Positions 1 through 8,642 of a DNA stretch of 64,000 bases are shown one piece after another. A program made the position numbers and the translations under genes. The first letter of the stretch is position 1. Every line of letters starts with the position of its first letter. The DNA comes from a virus. The notes under the pieces are model-generated. The model did not search any database. It saw only the letters and a program-made list of their open reading frames with translations, and was not told where the DNA came from. The stretch is from positions 54,554 to 118,553 of the IMG/VR virus record IMGVR_UViG_3300042503_001836. One strand, given 5' to 3'.

Positions 1-748
1 GATCACAACCACGTCCAGGTACACCCCTGGTAGTAGTCAATGCTGCGGGTAAAGTAGTATTTACAATCTCGATCCGGTCTTTTGATAGTTGGTCAAGTGA
101 GGATACGCCACAATCCCTTCTAATTTTATAAATCGTCCAGAATATCTCTTTCAGATTATTGATGTGCTTGAAGGCGTTTTTCTGTACCTGTGGAGGCAAA
201 ACTGCTAAATCCTGGTAGTAGCTTTTGCCGTCCCTAAACTCTAGGAGATGTTGCCAGATATCGGAAATGTGATCTCGGAAGTATTCTAGATTAGCTACTT
301 TATGATCCGTCCTCCTTAACATTTCCGCAGTGATGTCTAGACGGTCGTGTAAGGAGTCCAAATCAGTCTGCCCTCCTAAATGTACCTGAAACCCGGTAAC
401 GTGCTGTATATAGGCACGTAGTCCAATATGCCCAATAGAGACTAGAGATTTTATTGCTTCGGAGTTCCTTTCTATTTCTGCATAGTAGGCAATTATCCCA
501 AAAGCATAATTGCTGTCAAAAAGATTCTGATGCCCAAAGACATCTAGCAGATATTGAGATTCTGTCTTTTTGTAAAAACATTGAAGCGGTTCATAGTTAG
601 ATAATGTTTGTCTTACGTTATTGACTAATCTACCTACTGTAGTTTGATGCACTCCAGATAGTTTAGCGATCGCTTCCTGATTTAACCCAGTTTGACCACC
701 ATCCAAGGCAATGAAATACTGGTCATCCTTAAAAAATTGGTACGGCAT
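1..748 (-). CDS. Partial phage regulatory/antirepressor-like protein with N-terminal HTH (runs off left edge)
   Basis: Manual translation from ATG at 748: MPYQFFKDDQYFIALDGGQTGLNQEAIAKLSGVHQTTVGRLVNN..., open to the window edge; NQEAIAKLSGVHQTTVGRL is HTH-like. Not in the ORF track because there is no stop in the window. Confidence 0.6.
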   Translation of the reverse strand, partial: MPYQFFKDDQYFIALDGGQTGLNQEAIAKLSGVHQTTVGRLVNNVRQTLSNYEPLQCFYKKTESQYLLDVFGHQNLFDSNYAFGIIAYYAEIERNSEAIKSLVSIGHIGLRAYIQHVTGFQVHLGGQTDLDSLHDRLDITAEMLRRTDHKVANLEYFRDHISDIWQHLLEFRDGKSYYQDLAVLPPQVQKNAFKHINNLKEIFWTIYKIRRDCGVSSLDQLSKDRIEIVNTTLPAALTTTRGVPGRGCD

Positions 749-753
749 ATGTT

Positions 754-978
754 CTATGGTTGTGTTTGCTGTTCTAACGCTTGTTTCATAACCTGAAATA
801 CTTTCTTGATTCTGGAATAGCTTGCTGTTTCATAGCCAGAATCAATCCAAATGCGGACTCGTTTATAGCTAAAGCCTGTCTCACTTGCTAATTGTCTTTT
901 AGACCATCCCAACTGCAAGCGCATCAATTCCAGTGTTTCATGCAACTTGTTAATGTCAACCTGTCTTAAGTCTAACAT
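754..978 (-). CDS. Small XRE/Cro-type HTH protein
   Basis: LRLQLGWSKRQLASETGFSYKRVRIW is an XRE-HTH pattern; 74 aa. Confidence 0.75.
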   Translation of the reverse strand: MLDLRQVDINKLHETLELMRLQLGWSKRQLASETGFSYKRVRIWIDSGYETASYSRIKKVFQVMKQALEQQTQP

Positions 979-1301
979 AAAAAAAGTCCTAAAAAGTCCA
1001 CTATCTAAAATATATCAGAAAACGTGCTTTCTTTATAAAAATAAATAAAACAGCACCATTACACTATAATTTCCTATCTGTCAATCAGTAATTTTTTGAA
1101 AAACTCTATTTTTGCACGATACTTCAAATCTTTATACAGTAATAGTTTTAATGCCAGACGGTAGGAATAAACAAAGGTATCTGCACTATAGTATACAGAT
1201 ATACAGCAATATAAAAAATACTTAAATAAATAGCTGAAACTATTGATATATAAAGCTTTTCACTTTTAATGTTTTTTAGTAAGTGATGTTATTAACTGTA
1301 G

Positions 1302-1365
1302 GGTGATCCAAAAGTTCTAAAAACGATAGCTTATATATTATGATTTTCTCAACTTTTGGATCACC
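1302..1365. repeat. Inverted repeat GGTGATCCAAAAGTT-N34-AACTTTTGGATCACC
   Basis: Perfect 15-bp arms; a related element lies at 52860-52910. Confidence 0.9.
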
Positions 1366-1714
1366 TTAGCTTTTTTTGCTATTTTTCTCAGTAAATTATA
1401 AGTAATCCGTATTAAAAATAACTTTAGTAAAAAACATATTAAAAACTATATTTTAACTCCTAGAATACTTATATAAAGCCCACTCTGTTATTACAAGTCG
1501 GCGCGGAAATTCCAATTAGCTAACTATAAACACTTAATTAGGTAATTTATAAAACAGTAAGCAGTTAGTATAGTAATTATGTACTAAAGTAAAAATTGAC
1601 AGCACAAATGTTTGAGCATTTTTAGTTAAAAAAACTTTTTAATGCCCGGTTTTCTATTTAATTTTTTAAGCCGTAATAAACCCTATGGATAACTGACATC
1701 CTATCCACTAGATG

Positions 1715-2562
1715 TCAAGGGCTATAGCTGGCTGTTAACCTACAGCCAGAGTTACTTTAGTTTCTTCAAATTAATCAGGTTGCGAGCCGTCATTCTTTTT
1801 AGTCCCCTCAGATAAATCTGTTTTACCCACAGATGGGAGTCAAATTACCTTTTAACCAATAGGCTTGTCTGTTTTTGTTTAGGATTCGCGGTCTTCAACA
1901 TACTTCATCCAAGACGCTAAGTGTCGTTTAGCTGCGTCCTATTTACTTGATCAGCTAGGTTACTGATATGTGGGTGTTTTTACATCTTGCTCTGATGGTT
2001 TTTGCGCTTATACAGTCGCACTTTCGATACCCAATAGAATTTGCTAACATCTACACCGCCGCACCTGGAGTCATTTATTTCTAAAAGTAGTTCCCATTGT
2101 CGTTTCAATCCAACTCCCTATTAAGAGAGTATTTATACATTCCCCTTGTCTAGTTAATACCTAATGTTCATGGAAATCGCGCTCAAATATGGATCTAGTT
2201 TTTTGGTTCAATCCCTTCAGTAAAGTCTCACTACCTTACTAAATTTTTGATATCCCCTCAAGTCCGCCCAATTATATTGTCCCCATTTCAGGGTATCGTC
2301 ATGGCCAACGCAATCTGCACTACTTTTTTATTGATTCACTTTTAATCCTTACAGGATTTAGGTCTCAACTAGAATCCGCCACGCGCACGCATACGGACTA
2401 GAAGCAATTTCCAATTAAAAACTAAATGAGAGTCTTTAATTTTCAAGCCGGGTAATGACTTCACCGACTCATCTTGCGTTCCTTACTGGTCTAGGGCTTT
2501 TATAATAAACGCTGAGGTGTGTTACAACGCTCGATTGTTTCGCCTATCAGATTTATTCGATT
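1715..2562 (-). ncRNA. Candidate large (~850 nt) structured non-coding RNA
   Basis: No ORF of 60 aa or more; GC raised over the AT-rich flanks; near-consensus promoter directly upstream; more than 10 hairpins whose mismatches are G-U pairs on the minus strand; ends near hairpin CTGGCTGT-AGGTTA-ACAGCCAG. Boundaries approximate. Confidence 0.65.
2102..2138 (-). CRISPR. Solitary CRISPR-like repeat GTATAAATACTCTCTTAATAGGGAGTTGGATTGAAAC (copy 1, inside the ncRNA)
   Basis: 37 nt, 7-bp hairpin, 3' ATTGAAAC handle typical of class 1 repeats; 35/37 identical to copy 2. Confidence 0.7.
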
Positions 2563-2568
2563 AAATAT

Positions 2569-2597
2569 AATATAACACGGGATAAAATAAATGTCAA
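2569..2597 (-). promoter_or_regulatory. Sigma70-type promoter TTGACA-N17-TATATT driving the ncRNA
   Basis: Exact -35, 17-bp spacer, near-consensus -10; no ORF downstream. Confidence 0.75.
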
Positions 2598-2610
2598 CCC
2601 CATATAAAAT

Positions 2611-2640
2611 AAAAAAACCTAGTAATTTTGTACTAGGTTT
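2611..2640 (-). terminator. Intrinsic terminator AAACCTAGTA-CAAAAT-TACTAGGTTTTTTT
   Basis: Hairpin followed by U-tract on the minus strand. Confidence 0.75.
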
Positions 2641-2714
2641 GAGTTCTTATTACTTAGAATTAATTAAAACTAGGGGCTTTTCTGTTGCGGTTTCTGATAT
2701 CTTAGCTGGTTTAT

Positions 2715-2751
2715 GTTTCAATCCAACTCCCTATCAAGGGAGTATTTATAC
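2715..2751 (-). CRISPR. Solitary CRISPR-like repeat GTATAAATACTCCCTTGATAGGGAGTTGGATTGAAAC (copy 2)
   Basis: 37 nt, perfect ACTCCCT/AGGGAGT stem, ATTGAAAC end; lies between ORF 2801-3070 and a terminator. Confidence 0.7.
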
Positions 2752-2800
2752 CATAAGCTTGTGTTTTATGGTTTCTAAATTCATTTTAACACAAATGTGC

Positions 2801-3070
2801 TTACTTGACTTCAAATACATAACCAGATTCAGTTACTTTGACTAATCTCAATACAGTATCAGTCCCGTCTTTTTTCAGGCTACCTTTCCACGCTAGGCAA
2901 CCAAAAGATGTTTTATCTCGAATGTCTTCCGCTTCCTCTAAAAGCTGTTTGCATCTAGTATTATACTTTTTCCAAACATCCTCTATTTTGCAGGATGTAA
3001 ACTTAGCTACAATTTTGTTATTAGCAGCTAAGATATGGTATTCTGTTTTTTCTGTATTTCTTAAAGTCAT
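2801..3070 (-). CDS. Small orphan protein (89 aa), candidate anti-defence protein
   Basis: Strong RBS TAAGGAG upstream and its own promoter; function inferred from context only. Confidence 0.7.
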   Translation of the reverse strand: MTLRNTEKTEYHILAANNKIVAKFTSCKIEDVWKKYNTRCKQLLEEAEDIRDKTSFGCLAWKGSLKKDGTDTVLRLVKVTESGYVFEVK

Positions 3071-3182
3071 CTTATTCTCCTTATTTTTTTTTAACTTGAC
3101 ACAACTCGGGATAATGCCTAATTTTAAGAGTCACCTATTTAAGGCGATGTTTGGTTTACCTTTGTTTTTTAACCACACTAAT

Positions 3183-3211
3183 AATATAACAGCATTTAAA
3201 ATTAATGTCAA
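3183..3211 (-). promoter_or_regulatory. Sigma70-type promoter TTGACA-N17-TATATT
   Basis: Same design as the promoter at 2569-2597; precedes ORF 2801-3070. Confidence 0.7.
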
Positions 3212-3417
3212 GCATTTTATAAAACTATTTTAGAAGTATAAAATATTATACATAAGTTATAAATATTTAAATGTTATACATAATACACTCGGATCAAGAC
3301 TTATACAAAATCGGGATATCTCACAATCCAGAAAACAAAACCATTCTAGGTAAATCAGAATAGTTTAGGCTGTGTCCTGAAACCTTAGAATGGCTAGATG
3401 AATTTTTGAACAAACAC

Positions 3418-4050
3418 TTAACTTCTAATTCTGTTTACTGAAGGAAACCCACCAAATCTTAAAGTATGCCCGTGATATTGTTTACACGCGTCTAAATCTT
3501 TTCTACAGGCTCTATTAGCTGGTGTAGTAGGATTGCCAAAGATGTCAAAATTAAGATTAATAGGTGCTTGACAATCTTGATCGCCTAATTGCCACTGGCA
3601 TCTTTTAGAATATACCCTAGCTGGTAGTTTCTTTCTTTCTAATGAGTAGGGAGTTAGGGAAAATGTAAATTGATTTTGATATTCTCCAGTGTACTGATTA
3701 ATCTTTAAATTTAATTCATAGAATTGTGTAGAGTCAGCCGTAGGTTTATCGTCTAAAAACATAGGCTGCGTACGTTTTACGTTTACGTCCGCACCGATAA
3801 CAAAATAATTATCAATTACATCTCCAACTAAACCAGATATATCAGAAACTATTAAGGATGCACGTGCTTCTACACTTTCACCTGATTTGCTAAAACTACT
3901 AATTTTACAAGGAAAACCTTGATAAATAGTGTTACTAAAACTTACAGTTCCATAGTTACAGATTTTAATATCAAAATCTTGGTTTCTGATATTAATTAAA
4001 TCTATAAATATTTCGGTGTCTAGCTGTTGGGCATTGGATATTAAACTCAT
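3418..4050 (-). CDS. Lambda gpL-like tail tip protein
   Basis: LPARVYSKRCQW...C...CRKDLDACK...RFGGFP C-terminal Cys motif of gpL; likely start MSLISNAQ at 4050. Confidence 0.9.
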   Translation of the reverse strand: MSLISNAQQLDTEIFIDLINIRNQDFDIKICNYGTVSFSNTIYQGFPCKISSFSKSGESVEARASLIVSDISGLVGDVIDNYFVIGADVNVKRTQPMFLDDKPTADSTQFYELNLKINQYTGEYQNQFTFSLTPYSLERKKLPARVYSKRCQWQLGDQDCQAPINLNFDIFGNPTTPANRACRKDLDACKQYHGHTLRFGGFPSVNRIRS

Positions 4051-4078
4051 AATTTTCCCACAAAGATAATTAAAAAAT

Positions 4079-4536
4079 CTAAGGTATGTGTGCTGAATAT
4101 AAAGAAACATGATCCACGATATATCCATTAGCAGCACTAGCAATTCCAAAAGAATGAGTGTGAGTATCTTGCGCTCCTAGTCCGTAGATACTCGCATTAA
4201 CTGCTGTGCCATTAGCAATGGTAGTCCTAATCGGTGTAAGAAACATAGGCACTCTAAAAGGAAAATAGAGGAATAGATTTCCTACTTCCGGAGACTGTAA
4301 TCCATTAGTTATCAACTGAGCGTATCTCTGACACTTAGCTAATTCAACAGCGTAATCATCAGAAGTAAAAGCAGTAGCACTACTGCCTTCTTCTAGTTTT
4401 GGGCGTGAGATTACCCATGTTCCTGAAGTTTGCGCTCCTACCCTTAGTCTTACTTCCAATCCATTTGATACCTCAGCAGGTAATGTTACTGTAGCTGTAT
4501 ATCTTGTAAGTGTGGAGTTAACAGTCCATGTAACAT
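4079..4536 (-). pseudogene. 5'-truncated tail-fibre tip cassette (third variant)
   Basis: Encodes only [11 protein letters not shown]...AHIP; the ATG after the RBS is out of frame; 104 bp identical to 5353-5456. Confidence 0.75.
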
Positions 4537-4555
4537 GGTTTACAAGCTACCTCAA

Positions 4556-4984
4556 CTAAATTTTAACTAAATTACTAAAATGCAATTCTTGAACTGCATT
4601 ATTCCAAAGCGTTTTTTCTTGTTCACTTAACACATACCCATCATTAATTAACTCATCAAGACTATCTTTTAATGCTTGTTCTGTTCTAATATTTGACAGG
4701 ACAGTAATTAAATTAACGTAATCAACAGATAAAATATTGTCTGTTTTAGCCTCTTGTTTCAAACGTAAATAAAGCGGCTTTAATTCACCTGCTAAAACAC
4801 TACTATAAAGACCATCCCAATCCGGTAGCATAGGTAGAATAATAACATCAGCAGGCTCAGGGGTGTTGCCTTTAGCTAACCACGCTTCATATAATTGCCA
4901 GTCACCGTTCTGACCTTGGGGAATTGTTGCACCATCAAATAAACGAATTATTTGATTTGGGTTGGAAGTTAGTTTGTAAGTCAT
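4556..4984 (-). CDS. Tail fibre assembly/chaperone-like protein (copy 2)
   Basis: [32 protein letters not shown] motif; follows a fibre gene; near-duplicate of 6328-6753. Confidence 0.75.
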   Translation of the reverse strand: MTYKLTSNPNQIIRLFDGATIPQGQNGDWQLYEAWLAKGNTPEPADVIILPMLPDWDGLYSSVLAGELKPLYLRLKQEAKTDNILSVDYVNLITVLSNIRTEQALKDSLDELINDGYVLSEQEKTLWNNAVQELHFSNLVKI

Positions 4985-4988
4985 AAGT

Positions 4989-6308
4989 CTAGGGGATATG
5001 CGCTAAAAATGTAGTAAGGTTTAGGGATGCAGCAGCACCGCCAGACGCAGCACTTCCTATTTGAGTACGCAAAGAGTTTTTTGTAGTAGTAATACCAACA
5101 ATTACGTAGGAATTAAAGAAATTGCTCCAAGTACTAGAAGTGATAGGGGCAGAAAACATTTCAACAGGAAAAGTAATAATAGGTGAATGTCCTCTAGCAC
5201 CAAGTTCGCCATACCAAACAAAATCCTGAGTAATATTTAAAGCGTAGAAATGCCTTAAGCATCGCAGCAATTCCGTAGAATAGTTACCGCAATTAAAGTC
5301 AGTAGCACTACTGCCTTCTTCTAGTTTAGGTCTAGCAATTACCCATGTACCGGAAGTTTGCGCTCCTACCCTTAGTCTTACTTCCAATCCATTTGATACC
5401 TCAGCAGGTAATGTTACTGTAGCTGTATATCTTGTAAGTGTGGAGTTAACAGTCCACGTACCTGAAGCTATAAGTGTCTGCGTAGGTGTGGCAATCGTTC
5501 CATGAGTATCTGATGTGGTGGTTGGTCTAAATAGTTCCCACGTCACAGTAGATAATTGTGAGTTACTCAGTTCTACACTTAGTGTTACAGTTTTCCCACT
5601 AAGTTTGGCTGTGTCTCTACTTTCTAATCTTTGTAATAAATAAACCGCAGTAGTTAAAGTTGCTCCTCTAATTGTGAGAGATTGATTAGACCTATCAAAT
5701 ACATAGCTAGGATTACCACCAGATGCAGCTAAACACCATTCTGACTCGCCAGGGTAGCCTAAAGAAGCTGTGGGAAGATTAAGAGAATTAGGTATAGTCC
5801 CAGATGCCGCACCTTGGATCACAGCCAAAGCAGGATTTTTTAAATAATTAAGACTATTTAATTTAAAAGAAAGATTTAACTTAGCAAAATTTACCGCACC
5901 ATCTGCTATTTTATCAGTCGTAATTGATCCATCAGCTATAGTATCCGTAATAATTTCTGTTTTCTGTTCTATAAACGTTGCTGTTATTTGCCATAAATAA
6001 GTACCTTGTTGAATTACACTCCACTTATCACAAACATACTCCTTATAATTATAAGGAGTATATTGTGTGTCTAATGGTCGCCATCTAAATTTTGTAATTC
6101 CACCATAGCTAGTGAACAGGTCAATTATTTCATCTTTATCCGCCGTGCTTAAATTAGGGATTATTAACTCTGTAGTAGTTCTAGCAGAGTTAGGCGATAT
6201 AACCATTAAACCATAGCCATCACCTAATTTAGTATTTTGAATTTGAGCTTTTACCTCTTGACTAAATTCCCATTTAGTTGGTGGTAATATTAATATGGGT
6301 GATGGCAT
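4989..6308 (-). CDS. gpM-like (distal tail) domain fused to a tail-fibre/receptor-binding domain
   Basis: N-terminal ~115 aa with [25 protein letters not shown] (lambda gpM pattern); the rest is paralogous to 6779-7771. Confidence 0.75.
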   Translation of the reverse strand: MPSPILILPPTKWEFSQEVKAQIQNTKLGDGYGLMVISPNSARTTTELIIPNLSTADKDEIIDLFTSYGGITKFRWRPLDTQYTPYNYKEYVCDKWSVIQQGTYLWQITATFIEQKTEIITDTIADGSITTDKIADGAVNFAKLNLSFKLNSLNYLKNPALAVIQGAASGTIPNSLNLPTASLGYPGESEWCLAASGGNPSYVFDRSNQSLTIRGATLTTAVYLLQRLESRDTAKLSGKTVTLSVELSNSQLSTVTWELFRPTTTSDTHGTIATPTQTLIASGTWTVNSTLTRYTATVTLPAEVSNGLEVRLRVGAQTSGTWVIARPKLEEGSSATDFNCGNYSTELLRCLRHFYALNITQDFVWYGELGARGHSPIITFPVEMFSAPITSSTWSNFFNSYVIVGITTTKNSLRTQIGSAASGGAAASLNLTTFLAHIP

Positions 6309-6327
6309 GGTTTAGAAACTACCTCAA

Positions 6328-6753
6328 CTAAACTTTAACTAAATTACTAAAATGCAACTCTGTAACAGCATTATTCCAAAGCGTTTTTTCTTGTTCACTT
6401 AAATCATACCCATCATTAATTAATTCATCAAGACTATCTTTTAATGCTTGTTCTGTTCTAATATTTGACAGGACAGTAATTAAATTAATGTAGTCAACAG
6501 ACAAGATAATATCTGCTTTTGCTGCTTGTTTCAAACGCAAATAAAGCGGCTTTAAATCACCAGCTAAAACACGATTATAAAGACCATCCCAATCAGGAAA
6601 AATAGACGCGACAATAACATCAGCAGGTTGTGGAGTGTTACCCTTAGCTACCCACGCTTCGTATAATTGCCAGTCGCCGTTGTTGCCTTCAGGGATTGCG
6701 GCACCGTCAAATAATCGGATTATTTGACTAGGAAATTGACTTAATTTGTACAT
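6328..6753 (-). CDS. Tail fibre assembly/chaperone-like protein (copy 1)
   Basis: Paralog of 4556-4984. Confidence 0.75.
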   Translation of the reverse strand: MYKLSQFPSQIIRLFDGAAIPEGNNGDWQLYEAWVAKGNTPQPADVIVASIFPDWDGLYNRVLAGDLKPLYLRLKQAAKADIILSVDYINLITVLSNIRTEQALKDSLDELINDGYDLSEQEKTLWNNAVTELHFSNLVKV

Positions 6754-6778
6754 ATTTTTGTATTAAAGAAATTGTGAT

Positions 6779-7771
6779 TTAAGGAATATGTGCTGCAAAA
6801 GACCCTAATGACAAATTTGCTCCAGCACCACCAGAGTTTACGTTTCCTATTTGAGTAAAATATCCTTGTTTAGTCGTGTAATCAACCATCACGTAGGCAT
6901 TCTCCCCACCAATCCAATAAGTATTCAATCTTATCGGTGCTTGAAACATTTCTACTGGAAAATTAATAATAGGGCTGTGACCTCTTGCTCCTAGTTCTCC
7001 ATACCAGACAAAAGATTGAACAAGATTGTTCAGCGTATAAAAATATCTTTGGCATTTTTGCAATTCAACGGCGTAATCATCACAAACAAAAGCAGTAGCA
7101 GTAGATCCCTCCTCTAGTTTAGGTCTGGCAATTACCCATGTACCGGAAGTTTGCGCTCCTACCCTTAGTCTTACTTCCAATCCGTTAGATACCTCAGCAG
7201 GTAAGGTTACAGTAGCACTATATCTTGTAAGTGTTGAGTTTACTGTCCATGTTCCACTTGCCACAACTGTCTGAGTAGGGGATGCTATTGTACCATGCGC
7301 ATCTACTGTAGTGGATGGTCTAAAAAATTCCCACGTCACAGTTGATAATTGTGAATTTGATAGTTCTACACTCAAAGTCACTTGCTTTGAGCGCAATCTA
7401 ATTGCATCAATGGATTCTATTCTTTGTAATACATGAATAGCCGTAGTTGATGCTGCACCTCCTAGAGTTAAAGTTTGATTAGCCGTGCTAAAAGCGTAGG
7501 TAGGTGTACCACCAGATGCAGCAATACACCACTCTGTTTCACTAGGGTATCCTAAAGATGCCGTAGGTAAAGTAAGAGAGTTAGTGAGTGTACCTGATGA
7601 TCCAGCACCTTGGATCACAGCAAAAGCAGGATTTTTAAAATAATTTGGATTATTTAATTGAATAGCGACACTCAGTTTAGCTGGTGTCACTGCACCGTCT
7701 GCTATCTTAGCCGTCGTAATTGATCCATCTGGAACTGTACCACTACCAGAATTATTAATGATGATTCCCAT
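6779..7771 (-). CDS. Tail fibre / receptor-binding protein
   Basis: DGSITTAKIADGAVTPAKL repeat; KLEEGSTATAF...ELQKCQRYF motif common in fibre proteins; lies in the tail module. Confidence 0.75.
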   Translation of the reverse strand: MGIIINNSGSGTVPDGSITTAKIADGAVTPAKLSVAIQLNNPNYFKNPAFAVIQGAGSSGTLTNSLTLPTASLGYPSETEWCIAASGGTPTYAFSTANQTLTLGGAASTTAIHVLQRIESIDAIRLRSKQVTLSVELSNSQLSTVTWEFFRPSTTVDAHGTIASPTQTVVASGTWTVNSTLTRYSATVTLPAEVSNGLEVRLRVGAQTSGTWVIARPKLEEGSTATAFVCDDYAVELQKCQRYFYTLNNLVQSFVWYGELGARGHSPIINFPVEMFQAPIRLNTYWIGGENAYVMVDYTTKQGYFTQIGNVNSGGAGANLSLGSFAAHIP

Positions 7772-8640
7772 TATACAATCTCCGTAATTCTTGCAAATCC
7801 ATTGGCACTACTCCATATTCCTCTAATTTCACCTGAATAATCCTCACCATTAAAAGTTGCAAAAGATGGTGTATTCCCTACTCTAGCAGGTAGAAAGATA
7901 GAAAAGTTGGTTGTACTAGCCGCACTAGCATTTAATACAATATATAAATCTGAAGCTGAGTCATTAACAATAATTACAGTTTTTCTATCATTGTTAGCTA
8001 CTAATAATATTACTGACGTTGCGCTACTGGCGACGTTAGATATTGTTGATGTGGCTGCAAAAGATTGAACTACAGAAATAGATCCTGAAGGTGCTTTTGC
8101 TCCCAAAGATGCCGGAATTTTACCGTCAATACTACTTAATGAGTTATTACCAGTAGTTTGTAAGGCACTTGTAGACGCACCAGTAGGTAATGACACTGTA
8201 CCGGAAATATTAGCAATTGAGCCAATAGTATTTGTACCGCTATTAATTCCTACAGAAGTTGGTGGTGTTAATGTTGTTAATTGTGCAGCAGGTAATACTA
8301 CAGGCACACTACCACTAGCTAAAGCCTGACCTAAATTAGGTAATTTAGTATTTATACTAGCTAAATTACCACCAGATTCTAATGCAAGTGCAGATGTGTT
8401 TAAATTAGTTCCTGCATTAGCAATAAAGCTAGTGTTGGTGAAAGTAAGATCAGGTGCGGTACCAATATTAAAAGTAGGGATAGTAGTAAACGCTGGTAAT
8501 GTACCACTAATTCCTACATTCCAAGTCCCTAATTGTACTGCCGTAAATTCAGGGACATAAGGATCTGCAAGTGTTCCGCTTCCTGTAGCTTTTCTGTAGG
8601 CTGTTGCGCCTGTCACATCTATATACGGCTGATGTGCCAT
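7771..8640 (-). CDS. Putative virion/tail fibre-associated protein
   Basis: S/T/G/A-rich beta-type sequence directly after gpJ. Confidence 0.55.
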   Translation of the reverse strand: MAHQPYIDVTGATAYRKATGSGTLADPYVPEFTAVQLGTWNVGISGTLPAFTTIPTFNIGTAPDLTFTNTSFIANAGTNLNTSALALESGGNLASINTKLPNLGQALASGSVPVVLPAAQLTTLTPPTSVGINSGTNTIGSIANISGTVSLPTGASTSALQTTGNNSLSSIDGKIPASLGAKAPSGSISVVQSFAATSTISNVASSATSVILLVANNDRKTVIIVNDSASDLYIVLNASAASTTNFSIFLPARVGNTPSFATFNGEDYSGEIRGIWSSANGFARITEIV

Positions 8641-8642
8641 TT

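Noticed and set aside
1302-1365. Protelomerase (telRL-type) target
   Set aside because: Arms are separated by a 34-nt non-palindromic spacer and no protelomerase gene is in the window
2066-2100. Sequence 3' of repeat copy 1 as a spacer against cas12k (about 63078-63111)
   Set aside because: Only about 70% identity with a gap in AT-rich sequence; likely chance
2020-2402. Circularly permuted group II intron (AGTCCGTATGCG hairpin as domain V, GTGCG as 5' splice site)
   Set aside because: The hairpin lacks the AGC/CGC triad and GNRA loop, too little sequence remains for domains I-III, and there is no RT gene
2102-2751. Canonical CRISPR array
   Set aside because: Only two repeats, 613 bp apart, separated by a terminator and promoter
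2591-3233. Plus-strand ORFs 2591-2845 and 2838-3233
   Set aside because: Antisense to a gene with a strong RBS, promoter and terminator; composition not protein-like
4079-7100. Diversity-generating retroelement acting on the tail fibre tips
   Set aside because: No reverse transcriptase in the window; differences among tips include indels and are not adenine-specific
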